From: Prolixibacteraceae bacterium
GTDB taxonomy: Bacteria; Bacteroidota; Bacteroidia; Bacteroidales; Prolixibacteraceae
DNA length: 64,000 bases
Assembly: GCA_023229575.1 (NCBI GenBank)
Contig: JALNYZ010000009.1
Coordinates: 69,581-133,580 of the forward strand
Reading direction: 5' to 3'
The notes beneath the pieces were generated by a model. That model ran no database searches and was not told where the DNA came from. It worked only from the letters and a program-made list of their open reading frames with translations. Numbering within the stretch: position 1 is the first letter of the stretch; the number at the start of each line of letters is the position of its first letter. Both the position numbers and the translations under genes were made by a program. Positions 16,428-25,964 of the stretch are shown here, one piece after another.

Positions 16428-19400
16428 ATGAAAATGCACCAAATTATCCTTGGCGATAAAAGGTCGTGGATAAAAAAACTCAGAATAATGAAACTAACTG
16501 TCATTCTGTTGTTTGGAAGTATGGTTGCCATGAGTGCAACTACTTATTCTCAGACTGCCAAACTGAATATCTCTTCTAAAAACGCCGCACTGATTGATGT
16601 TTTCAGGAACATTGAAGATCAAAGCGAATTCTATTTTTATTTCAACAAAGAGGACTTAAAGACAAAAGAAGCTGTGACTGTTGAAATGAAAGATGCACAG
16701 ATCAATGACGTTCTGGATCAGGTTTTGGCAAAAACCGGATTGGAATATAAAATTATTGACCGGTATGTTGTTGTCAAAGAGAAGGGAAGTGATGAACCAG
16801 TCATTACCATGCAAGTGGCGCGTAAAATAACAGGAAAAGTCACTGACACCACAGGCGGGGCATTGCCCGGTGTGACTGTTGCCATCAAAGGAACAACAAC
16901 AGGTGTGATCACCGATAACAACGGTAACTATTCTTTGTCCAATGTTCCAGATAATGCTGTTTTGGTTTTCTCATTTGTTGGATTGAAAAACCAGGAAATT
17001 CCAGTAGGAGGCAAATCGGTTATCAACGTATCGATGGCAGAAGAAGCGCTGGGGATCGAAGAGGTTGTTGTAACAGGTTATTCTACTCAACGAAAGAAGG
17101 ATATTACTGGTGCGGTAGCCGTTGTGGATGTTCAATCCATGAAGGCAATGCCTTCTGGATCTGGTGTTGTTGCCCTCCAGGGGCAGGCATCGGGTGTCAA
17201 TATTATCAGCAGTGGGGCTCCGGGGGCGGCCAGTCAGATTTATATCCGCGGTATCGGAAACTTTGGAAATGTTGCCCCGCTCGTGTTGATTGACGGAGTA
17301 GGGGGAAATCTAGAGGATATCAGCGCCAACGAAATTGAGTCCCTCCAGGTGTTGAAAGACGCCGGATCCGCTGCTATTTACGGTGTGAGAGGGTCCAATG
17401 GTGTAATTATTGTAACCACCAAAAAAGGTAAAACCGGCGCTCCGACTGTTTCCTATGATGCTTATGCTGGCCTTCAGTTGCCTTTCAGCGGCAACCCGCT
17501 GAATATGGCAAACACAGAGGAGTATATAAAATTATTTAAATCCGCTATTCCTTACCACGGCTTCGATAATGGTATTCCTGATTACATGTACAGGAGTGGT
17601 AGCGGCGCTGCTGCCTGGGCTATGGCGGGCGACCCTGCTGTAGATCCGGCAAAGTATAAATATGATCCAATCACCCTCGGTACCAATTATATCATCGCGA
17701 AGGTCAATAAGCAAGGAACAAACTGGTACCAGGAAATCTTTAAGCCAGCAGTAACCAGCAACCAGGATTTAACCGTAAGTGGCGGAACGGAGAAGGCCAA
17801 ATACCTGCTTTCCCTGGGTTACCTGGATCAAAAAGGCACGCTTATTGAGACTTATCTTAAAAGGTATTCATTTAAGGTAAATACTGAATACAATGTGGGC
17901 AAGCATATCCGCATTGGTGAAAATTTATATATCATCCGTAAAGCAGGCAATGGTTATACCAACACTTCAGAGAGCAATGCAGTTTCGAACGCCATGTTGA
18001 TAAACCCGCTGTTTCCGGTATACGATATCTCCGGGAAACAATTTGCAGGCGCCTATTCTTACCCCATTACCACTATGCTGGCGTACGGTTCAAACCCAGT
18101 CGCTAACCAGAAACTGACGAATAACAATTATGACCATTCCCTTCAGTTAACTGGTAACATATATGCAGAAATCTCCTTCTTAAAACATTTTGTGGCGCGC
18201 ACCAGTATGGGATTAAGCCTGGGCAATTCAGAAGGAAGTGGATTTGCCTACAACCGCTATTTTGATGCCCAGTCCTTTGCAGTCCCCAACAATCTGACTT
18301 TATCCATGGGGAATAGCTGGAGTTATCTTTTCACAAATACTTTGAAATACGAAAATACTTTTGGCGACCATAAACTGTCAGTATTGGCTGGTTCTGAAGC
18401 AAATGAAGGTATGTCAAAAAGTGTTTATGGATACAGGCAAAATTTTCTGGTCAGTGATGCAGACTATCTCCTGTTGCAGAACGGCAGTATCGATGGGATA
18501 CAAAACGGCAGCGGCAAATCCCATGGGACCCTGTTTTCCCTTTTTGGCCGCGCGGATTATTCTTACCTGGATAAATACCTTCTGGCACTGACCATCCGTC
18601 GAGATGGCTCTTCATCTTTCGGGCCCAAGAGCAGGTATGGCTATTTTCCTTCAGTATCTGTAGGATGGCGCTTATCCGGCGAATCATTCCTGAAAAATAT
18701 TTCGTGGTTAAACGATTTGAAGATCAGGGCCAGTTATGGTCAGGCAGGTAATGCGAGCAATGTTAATCCCAATAATGCATACTCTGTCTTTGGAACAGGA
18801 GTCGGTAAATCCTATTATGATATAGCCGGTAGCAATAACAGCTCGACCCAGGGTTTTTATGCAAGCCAGCTAGGAAATGACCTGACTTCATGGGAAAAGG
18901 ATATTATCACCAATTTCGGACTTGATGGTACGATACTGAACAACAAGATTGAATTTTCTGCGGAGTATTACAAAAAATCAATTGAGGGATTGTTGTTTGA
19001 CCAGCAATTACTTGCCACCGCCGGTGGGGCTGCTGCACCAAAAGTGAACATTGGCGACATTCAGAACAATGGATTGGATATTTCTGTGACCTATCGGGAT
19101 AAATTCAGCAAGGATTTGAGTTTTAACATTACAGCCAACATTACGAGTTATAACAACAAAGTAGTTAGTATCCCTGGTCAGGCAGGCTATTTTGATACAG
19201 GCGCCCTACGCGGGGTCGGTAATGTTGTTCGTAATCAGGTAGGTCATCCGGTGGGCGCTTTCTTTGGGTACAAAGTTATTGGAATCTTTAAGGATGCTGC
19301 TGCAGTTGCCGCTGCGCCTGCCCAGTTGGACAAAAGGCCGGGGGTATTTCAATACGATGATACCGATGGTAAACCTGGTATAACAGCTGCTGACCGAGTT

Positions 19401-19919
19401 TTCATGGGTAGTCCAAATCCTGATTATACATATGGGGTGAATATCGGACTGAACTATAAGAATTTTGACTTCTCAACTGTTTTCTATGGCTCTCAGGGGA
19501 ATGAGATATTTAACCAAACAAAATTTTATACCTATTTCACAAGCTTTTTCCAATGCGGTCTGAATAGAAACCTGTTGAATGCCTGGTCACCGACCAATAC
19601 CGGTTCGGATATCCCTGTATTGTTAAGTACCGCCAGTTTCAGCGAAAACACGGTTCCAAATTCATGGTTCATTGAAGATGGTTCCTTCTTCAAATGCAGG
19701 TTAATTACACTGGGTTATACGTTGCCCCCTTCCGTGCTTAAAAAGCTGACACTTCAGAAATTAAGGGTATATCTGCAGGCGGTCAACCCCTTCCAGATTA
19801 CAAAATACAGTGGATTGGATCCTGAAATTCCGGGCAGTACATCAGCCTTTGGAATTGACGTAGGTAACTATCCCAACAACCAAAGGCAATTTAATGCGGG
19901 TATAAGTTTATCATTCTGA
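16428..19919 (+). CDS. SusC/RagA-family TonB-dependent transporter with N-terminal STN signalling domain
   Basis: 1163 aa. STN domain (TYSQTAKLNISSKNAALIDVFRNIEDQSEFYFYF...), then a CarboxypepD_reg-like domain (ITGKVTDTTGGALPGVTVAIKGTTTG), a plug (IESLQVLKDAGSAAIYGVRGSNGVIIVTTKKG), and a barrel ending ...NAGISLSF. Confidence 0.95.
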   Translation: MKMHQIILGDKRSWIKKLRIMKLTVILLFGSMVAMSATTYSQTAKLNISSKNAALIDVFRNIEDQSEFYFYFNKEDLKTKEAVTVEMKDAQINDVLDQVLAKTGLEYKIIDRYVVVKEKGSDEPVITMQVARKITGKVTDTTGGALPGVTVAIKGTTTGVITDNNGNYSLSNVPDNAVLVFSFVGLKNQEIPVGGKSVINVSMAEEALGIEEVVVTGYSTQRKKDITGAVAVVDVQSMKAMPSGSGVVALQGQASGVNIISSGAPGAASQIYIRGIGNFGNVAPLVLIDGVGGNLEDISANEIESLQVLKDAGSAAIYGVRGSNGVIIVTTKKGKTGAPTVSYDAYAGLQLPFSGNPLNMANTEEYIKLFKSAIPYHGFDNGIPDYMYRSGSGAAAWAMAGDPAVDPAKYKYDPITLGTNYIIAKVNKQGTNWYQEIFKPAVTSNQDLTVSGGTEKAKYLLSLGYLDQKGTLIETYLKRYSFKVNTEYNVGKHIRIGENLYIIRKAGNGYTNTSESNAVSNAMLINPLFPVYDISGKQFAGAYSYPITTMLAYGSNPVANQKLTNNNYDHSLQLTGNIYAEISFLKHFVARTSMGLSLGNSEGSGFAYNRYFDAQSFAVPNNLTLSMGNSWSYLFTNTLKYENTFGDHKLSVLAGSEANEGMSKSVYGYRQNFLVSDADYLLLQNGSIDGIQNGSGKSHGTLFSLFGRADYSYLDKYLLALTIRRDGSSSFGPKSRYGYFPSVSVGWRLSGESFLKNISWLNDLKIRASYGQAGNASNVNPNNAYSVFGTGVGKSYYDIAGSNNSSTQGFYASQLGNDLTSWEKDIITNFGLDGTILNNKIEFSAEYYKKSIEGLLFDQQLLATAGGAAAPKVNIGDIQNNGLDISVTYRDKFSKDLSFNITANITSYNNKVVSIPGQAGYFDTGALRGVGNVVRNQVGHPVGAFFGYKVIGIFKDAAAVAAAPAQLDKRPGVFQYDDTDGKPGITAADRVFMGSPNPDYTYGVNIGLNYKNFDFSTVFYGSQGNEIFNQTKFYTYFTSFFQCGLNRNLLNAWSPTNTGSDIPVLLSTASFSENTVPNSWFIEDGSFFKCRLITLGYTLPPSVLKKLTLQKLRVYLQAVNPFQITKYSGLDPEIPGSTSAFGIDVGNYPNNQRQFNAGISLSF

Positions 19920-19944
19920 TGTTACTCTTTAAAATTATAAAACG

Positions 19945-21753
19945 ATGAAAAAAATATATTTTAAAATAACTTATGCAGTATGTCTGATGACCATGTTATC
20001 ATTCATTTCCTGTACAAAGTCTTATCTGGATATAAAACCTATAGGAAGCGTAAGTGTAGCAATCCTTGCCAATAAAACCGGCGTCAACAAAGTACTCATT
20101 GGCGCTTATGCAACGCTGGAAACAAACCATTCGAACAACGTTGGTTATGGTGACGGATATTGGGTTGGCTATGGCCCGTTTTATTCGGATATCGCTTCAC
20201 ACGAAGCAATATGGGGTTTTCAATATGAGCCAAATACCAATTCATTTGAGCGGCATGATGGACAACCCTCCTATAAAGTATTTGCCTATCATTGGGTGAA
20301 TTTCTATTATGGCGTTCAGGCCGCCAATGATGTATTGCGTGTATTGGCAGCTGTGCCGACAGATCAGCTTACCGCAGCCGAAGCCTTGCAGATTAAGGCA
20401 GAAGCAACATTCTTAAGGGCCCTCCACCATTTTAGGCTAAAAAAGACGTTTGGGAATGTTCCATATATCGATGAAACCATTACGGCCAACAACTGCAATG
20501 TATCAAACGCTACCTCGATATGGCCAAAAATTGAGGCAGATTTTAAATTTGCCGCGGATAATCTGGATGAGACAAAGGCTGATGTTGGCAGGGCCAATAA
20601 ATGGGCCGCAAAGGCATTCCTGGCCGAAGTGTATATGCAACAGGGTAAATATTCCGATGCATTGCCTTTGCTTACCAGTTGCATCACCAACGGAGTTACC
20701 CAAAAGGGCTTGAAATATGCCCTTGTAGCCAATTATCCCGATATTCTCAATTTTAGAAAAGAGGCCAACTCCGAACAGGTGTTTGCAATTCAGTTCACCT
20801 TCGACGGTACATCGGTTGCCGCCCCAAATGGCAACTGGGAATATGCTGTTATTCAACCGGTAACCCCGCCCAATCAGGGAGGCGGTGGTGGTTTCTGCTC
20901 TTTTGATATGGTGAACGCCTTTAAAACCGATGCCGTTACAGGGTTGCCTATGTTTGACACTTACAATGATGTTAACATGACGAATGACCAGGGTCTAGGT
21001 CTTAATGATCCGTTTACTCCATATGCAGGGACAGTCGATCCAAGGCTGGATTTTACCGTTGTACGAAGGGGGATTCCATATTTCGACTGGGGATTGTACA
21101 ATGTCAACTGGGCTTACGATCAACCGGAGACGGGCCCTTACTCCTGGAAAAAGTTTTCATTCAATAAAGCTGACCTGGCTGCGGTGCAAGCTAACTGGGT
21201 TGCAGTTTCCCCAATCAATGTTCCCCTTATACGGTTTGCCGACATACTGCTGCGTGCGGCTGAATGTCTGGTTGAAACAGGTGGAAGCCTCTCCACTGCT
21301 GAAGGATATGTGAACCAGGTGAGACAGCGGGCCGCCAACCAAAGTGCATGGGTTAAAACCTATGTTAACAATAGTAGTCCTGCATTGGGGTTCACCAATA
21401 CACCAGCTGCAAATTACTTCATCAGTCCTTATACCGGTCAGTTTACGGCCAATGGCGCAACTTATGCCCGTAAGGCAATTCGTTTTGAAAGAAGGCTAGA
21501 GCTGGCATTGGAAAGTAAGCGTTTCTTTGACCTGCAGCGCTGGGATGCCGGTTCAGGTAGCATGGCAACTGAATTGAACCGCATACTTGATCATTCAAGA
21601 TCCTTTATGACAATTTATAAAGGTATTTATCCGAATATGGTTGGGGCCAAATTCACAAAGGGGAAAAACGAAGTATTTCCTATCCCGCAATCCCAAATTG
21701 ACTTGAGTATGGTCGAAGGCAAACCCGTATTGGTTCAAAATCCCGGGTATTAA
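19945..21753 (+). CDS. SusD/RagB-family lipoprotein
   Basis: Lipobox LSFISC followed by TKSYLD. It is adjacent to the SusC gene. The C-terminus reads RFERRLELALESKRFFDLQRW ... VQNPGY. Confidence 0.9.
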   Translation: MKKIYFKITYAVCLMTMLSFISCTKSYLDIKPIGSVSVAILANKTGVNKVLIGAYATLETNHSNNVGYGDGYWVGYGPFYSDIASHEAIWGFQYEPNTNSFERHDGQPSYKVFAYHWVNFYYGVQAANDVLRVLAAVPTDQLTAAEALQIKAEATFLRALHHFRLKKTFGNVPYIDETITANNCNVSNATSIWPKIEADFKFAADNLDETKADVGRANKWAAKAFLAEVYMQQGKYSDALPLLTSCITNGVTQKGLKYALVANYPDILNFRKEANSEQVFAIQFTFDGTSVAAPNGNWEYAVIQPVTPPNQGGGGGFCSFDMVNAFKTDAVTGLPMFDTYNDVNMTNDQGLGLNDPFTPYAGTVDPRLDFTVVRRGIPYFDWGLYNVNWAYDQPETGPYSWKKFSFNKADLAAVQANWVAVSPINVPLIRFADILLRAAECLVETGGSLSTAEGYVNQVRQRAANQSAWVKTYVNNSSPALGFTNTPAANYFISPYTGQFTANGATYARKAIRFERRLELALESKRFFDLQRWDAGSGSMATELNRILDHSRSFMTIYKGIYPNMVGAKFTKGKNEVFPIPQSQIDLSMVEGKPVLVQNPGY

Positions 21754-21849
21754 AACTTAATTGTTGGAAATATTCAATATTAATGTAAAATATAACAAGT
21801 ATTATCGAATAACTATTTTATACGAAACGTCAGTTTTTCAAATCATTGA

Positions 21850-21881
21850 ATAACCCCGGTCATGTGACCGGGGTTATTTTC
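21850..21881 (+). terminator. Rho-independent terminator after SusD
   Basis: Perfect dyad ATAACCCCGGTCA / TGACCGGGGTTAT (a stem of about 12 bp around CATG), followed by TTTTC. Confidence 0.65.
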
Positions 21882-22024
21882 ATAAATTGTCGGAAACCTT
21901 TGAGAATACTAATACAGTTAAACAAAATCAATGAAATACCCATGGGAAAACATTCACACCAACCGAATCCGCCAGATGGCGGATGGGTATTCCATGCGAC
22001 CTTAAAAAAACAAATTATATACGC

Positions 22025-23659
22025 ATGAAAATTAAATTTAAGGAGATGGATATTACCTACGAGTCGAAAATTATTGCCTGTCGGCAATCTCAATCCATAG
22101 GGAGCAAGGTTCCCTGTTTTCAACCAGCCAAGGCCAATGACAGTTTTGTATCTGTTTTTGTAAGAGGACGTTTACAGCATAAAGCTATAGTAATGTTGCT
22201 GCTCTGTACAATTTTTTTTGCTTCTGCCAATGCCCAGGTTGGTAAATTGTACATCGGCACTGCAACAGCAGATATCTCACCCAAACTGCCAATTGCATTG
22301 GGAGGCCAGTTTGAATTGCGGATCGCCCATCAGGCAGCCACACCATTTTCTGCCAATGTGGTGGCATTGGAAACCAGAAATGGCAACCAGTCTGTTGACC
22401 AGGCCATTATGGTCTCGTGCGATCTGGAGGGTATCCCTGAGCTTTTGCTTAAAGTGTTAAGGGATGAGGTGCACCGGCAAATGCCGGATTTCGATGTTAA
22501 GAAAATCTTTCTGAACGCCATCCATACACATACGGGCCCTGTCTTGCTGAGCGCCGATGAAACCCCAATGTGGGGATATATAATACCCAAGGAAGGTGTC
22601 CAGCAGGTAGATGAGTACCGTACTTTTTTTGTTCAGCGGGTGGCAGCTGCTATCGTACAGGCGTGGAAAGGGCGGTTACCCGGAAGTATGACATGGGGGC
22701 TCAGCAGTGCCGTGATCGCTAACAACCGGCGTACCATCTATGCTGATGGTTCGGCAAAGATGTACGGAAATACCAACTCACCGCTATTCCGTGGAATGGA
22801 GGGCATCGAAGATCACGATGTCAATATTCTCTTCTTCTGGAACCAGGCCAAAAAGTTGATTGCGGTCAATATTGAAGTACCCTGTCCGGCCCAGGAAGTT
22901 GAGAATGATACGATTTTGAACGCAGATTACTGGCATCCGGTACGGGTAGGTTTGCGCAAGCGATTTGGCCCGGATTTGTGCGTTTTAGGTTGGATTGGTG
23001 CCGGGGGTGACCAGTCACCACACCTGATGTACCGCAAGGCAGCCGACGACAGGATGCGCAAACTGCGTAACCTTAACCGGCTAGACGAGATTGCCCGTCG
23101 CGTTGTCCGTGCGGTAGACGAGGCCTATGATGCAGTGAAGGACGACCGCCACGACAATGTTGTGCTAATCCATAAAGTCGAGACGCTCCGGTTGCCATTC
23201 AGGTTGATAACTGATGCCGAATGTGCGGAGGCAAAGGCCATCAGCGACGAGGCCAGGGCACAGATTGCTGCAAATCCAAAAGCTGCAGATCTGCTCTTTG
23301 CCAAAATGAAGTGGTATGGAAATATTGTCACTCGTTTCGAAAAACAGAAAACCGACCCCCGGTCGAAACATGAAATGGAGATACATGTGTTGCGCATCGG
23401 GGACATAGCATTGTGCACCTACGGTATTGAAGTTTTTACTGATTATGGGATTCAACTTCAGGCGCGCAGCAAGGCCCTACAGACATTCATTGTTGAGATT
23501 GCAGGGCCTGATGACTATTACCTTCCAACGGAAAAAGCTGTTAAGGCCGGCAGTTACAGCGCCATCGCAGAGAGCAATATTGTGGGCCCTGATAGTGGTC
23601 AGATACTGGTAGAACGAACAATAGAACTGATCAACAGTATGTGGCCGGAAGTAAAATAA
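22025..23659 (+). CDS. Neutral/alkaline-ceramidase-like N-terminal-domain protein (putative Zn amidohydrolase), paralogue 1
   Basis: IGTATADISP...VVALE...MVSCDL...KIFLNAIHTHTGP matches the neutral ceramidase catalytic-domain pattern (..DITP..., ..aTHTHsGP). Signal-like segment MLLLCTIFFASANAQ. The start is ambiguous among 21983, 22025, 22046 and 22193. Paralogues lie at 29772 and 61742. Confidence 0.6.
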   Translation: MKIKFKEMDITYESKIIACRQSQSIGSKVPCFQPAKANDSFVSVFVRGRLQHKAIVMLLLCTIFFASANAQVGKLYIGTATADISPKLPIALGGQFELRIAHQAATPFSANVVALETRNGNQSVDQAIMVSCDLEGIPELLLKVLRDEVHRQMPDFDVKKIFLNAIHTHTGPVLLSADETPMWGYIIPKEGVQQVDEYRTFFVQRVAAAIVQAWKGRLPGSMTWGLSSAVIANNRRTIYADGSAKMYGNTNSPLFRGMEGIEDHDVNILFFWNQAKKLIAVNIEVPCPAQEVENDTILNADYWHPVRVGLRKRFGPDLCVLGWIGAGGDQSPHLMYRKAADDRMRKLRNLNRLDEIARRVVRAVDEAYDAVKDDRHDNVVLIHKVETLRLPFRLITDAECAEAKAISDEARAQIAANPKAADLLFAKMKWYGNIVTRFEKQKTDPRSKHEMEIHVLRIGDIALCTYGIEVFTDYGIQLQARSKALQTFIVEIAGPDDYYLPTEKAVKAGSYSAIAESNIVGPDSGQILVERTIELINSMWPEVK

Positions 23660-23729
23660 CATCCTTTCCAGGAGGTCAGCGGTAAACGTTCTGCAGTTAA
23701 AGTATTAATCAATATAATAAGATTCAAAT

Positions 23730-25964
23730 ATGAATACGAAATCATCCCTTATTCTGTTGTTGGCAACTCTTTTTATCTCCTTCGGTTTTAAAGTCGTACC
23801 TGAAGAAAAAAAGCAATTGAGCGATAAAGAGCGGATGAAGCATGAAGCCAGCGCCATTCCCGGAGTTGAGAAGAAAGTCCTTGACCTGCTTTCAAGGATG
23901 ACATTGGAAGAAAAGGCAGGCCAAATGGTACAGGTTACCCCGGCAATTGGAAATAAGGAACAGATTGCCCTGTTTGGTAAGAAAAACGTGGGAAGTGTCT
24001 ATTATTCACCTGAAAACTTCTCGATAAACGATTGGTACGTTTATGAAAAAAATTATATGGAGAGCTACCTTGCCAACAACAGGTTAAAAATACCATTCTT
24101 ATCGCCGCATTGCTTTCAACACGGCGCCACTTACATTAAAGATGCAACGATATTCCCGCATAACCTTACCTTGGCCGCCACTTTTACCCCCGGGTTTGGC
24201 CAGGAGATGGGAAATGTGACAGTATTGGAATGTGGCGACCTGGCGCATAATTTTATCTGGGTGCCGGTCATGGATATTGGCCGCAACCACCGCTGGTCAA
24301 GATTTTTTGAAACTTTTGGCGAATCGTATTATCTCTGTTCACGAATGGGCGAAGCCATTGTAAAGGGGATCCAGGATACTGTTCTAACCTCGCCCTATAA
24401 GGTCGCGGCCTGCGCCAAACATTTTATTGGTTATTCAGATCCCCGGTCCGGCTGGGACAGGTCCCCGGTAATCATCGCGGACCAGGAGCTTTATGAGTAT
24501 TATGTTCCCTCCTTCAAGGCATGTATCGATGCAGGGGTAAAGATCATTGAGGCCAACAGCGGCGAAGTGAATGGCATTCCGGTCCATGCTTCGCACCGGT
24601 TGCTGACAACCTTGCTTCGCGACGAAATGGGGTTTAAAGGCCTGCTAAATTCAGATTACCAGGATATCCGAAAACTGGCAACTTACCACCATGTTGCGGC
24701 AAACGAGAAAGAAGCTGCCTATTTAGGGGTGATGGCCGGTCTTGACCTTGTCCTTACCCCGCACGACCTGCTGTTTGCCGATGATGTGATTGCTTTGGTC
24801 AAAGAGGGAAGGATTTCAGAAGAACGAATTGATTTATCAGTAGCGAGGGTCCTTCGCCTAAAATTTGAACTTGGGTTGTTTGACCATCCTATGCCCCGCG
24901 ACGACCGGTTCGACCGCTTTGCCAGGCCGGAATCAACGCAGAAAGCGTTAAACGCCGCACGCGAAGCAATTGTTTTGTTAAAAAACGAAAACAACCTGCT
25001 CCCATTAAACCTACAAACATCAAAACGGATCCTTGTAACCGGTTTTAATGCCAATAAAAGGATGGCAACCAGTGGTGGCTGGACAGTTGTGACAACCTCC
25101 CCCAAAGCCAAAACGGTTTTTGAAGGGATCACAGAACAATTCCACGACAGCAAAGTTACCCTGGCTGAAAACGATGTCACTAAGATTATAACCGGCGCCA
25201 AAGATGCTGATGCGATCATCTATGTGGCCGGGGAAAATCCCTACAGTGAAGAAAGGGGCAATATCCAGGACGTGAACCTTCCTGATGATCAATTGGAGCA
25301 AATCAATGCAGCAATTTCAACAGGCAAGCCTGTCATACTGATCATGGTTGCCGGAAGGCCACTGATTATTACCAGGGTATTTGACCGCTGCAAGGCCGTA
25401 CTCTGGGCCGGACTTCCCGGGTATGAAGGGGCAAGGGCCATTGCCGAGATTCTAACCGGAACAGTCAATCCTAGCGGGAAACTGCCTTTTGCCTATCCCT
25501 ACACCGATTCGCGCAACTTGACCTACAACCAGAAATACCACGATTTACAACTGACCAAAAACCTGAATGTGCCCTGGACATTTGCCGATTTTGGAAGTGG
25601 GATGGGTTATACCACCTTTTCATACAGTAATATTCAATTGTCAGACACCATCATAAACGGAAAAAACGGTTCATTGAAAGCAACCGTGAAGGTGACCAAT
25701 ACAGGAAAACTTGATGGAAAAGAGGCGGTACTGTGGTTTCTTTGGGACGAAGTGGGCAGTATCACCCGACCCATCAGGGAGTTGAAATATTTCGAAAAGG
25801 AACTGATCAAAAGCGGGGAGGAAAAAACTTTTACTTTTGTGATTGATCCTGAAAGGGATCTGAGCTTTCCCAATGAAAAAGGTGAAAAACTGATTGAAGA
25901 GGGGTATTTTACACTTTCTGTTGGCAACCAAACGGCGAGGTTTCATTTAAAAGAGATAAAATGA
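23730..25964 (+). CDS. GH3 glycoside hydrolase (beta-glucosidase/beta-hexosaminidase type)
   Basis: Motifs KHFIGYS and GFKGLLNSDYQDI (nucleophile region), an alpha/beta C-domain, and a C-terminal FnIII-like domain (VKVTNTGKLDGKEAV). Confidence 0.85.
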   Translation: MNTKSSLILLLATLFISFGFKVVPEEKKQLSDKERMKHEASAIPGVEKKVLDLLSRMTLEEKAGQMVQVTPAIGNKEQIALFGKKNVGSVYYSPENFSINDWYVYEKNYMESYLANNRLKIPFLSPHCFQHGATYIKDATIFPHNLTLAATFTPGFGQEMGNVTVLECGDLAHNFIWVPVMDIGRNHRWSRFFETFGESYYLCSRMGEAIVKGIQDTVLTSPYKVAACAKHFIGYSDPRSGWDRSPVIIADQELYEYYVPSFKACIDAGVKIIEANSGEVNGIPVHASHRLLTTLLRDEMGFKGLLNSDYQDIRKLATYHHVAANEKEAAYLGVMAGLDLVLTPHDLLFADDVIALVKEGRISEERIDLSVARVLRLKFELGLFDHPMPRDDRFDRFARPESTQKALNAAREAIVLLKNENNLLPLNLQTSKRILVTGFNANKRMATSGGWTVVTTSPKAKTVFEGITEQFHDSKVTLAENDVTKIITGAKDADAIIYVAGENPYSEERGNIQDVNLPDDQLEQINAAISTGKPVILIMVAGRPLIITRVFDRCKAVLWAGLPGYEGARAIAEILTGTVNPSGKLPFAYPYTDSRNLTYNQKYHDLQLTKNLNVPWTFADFGSGMGYTTFSYSNIQLSDTIINGKNGSLKATVKVTNTGKLDGKEAVLWFLWDEVGSITRPIRELKYFEKELIKSGEEKTFTFVIDPERDLSFPNEKGEKLIEEGYFTLSVGNQTARFHLKEIK

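Noticed and set aside
21846-22123. 60-aa (+) and 87-aa (-) ORFs in the SusD/ceramidase-like gap
   Set aside because: They run through the terminator hairpin and the structured leader and have no motifs. I treat the region as non-coding leader.
24719-25219. 166-aa minus-strand ORF, plus similar antisense ORFs at 30662-31090, 37576-38034, 39587-40105, 48488-48961 and 20364-20856
   Set aside because: All are nested antisense within motif-supported CAZyme, SusC or SusD genes. Their compositions are low-complexity Ser/Arg-rich.
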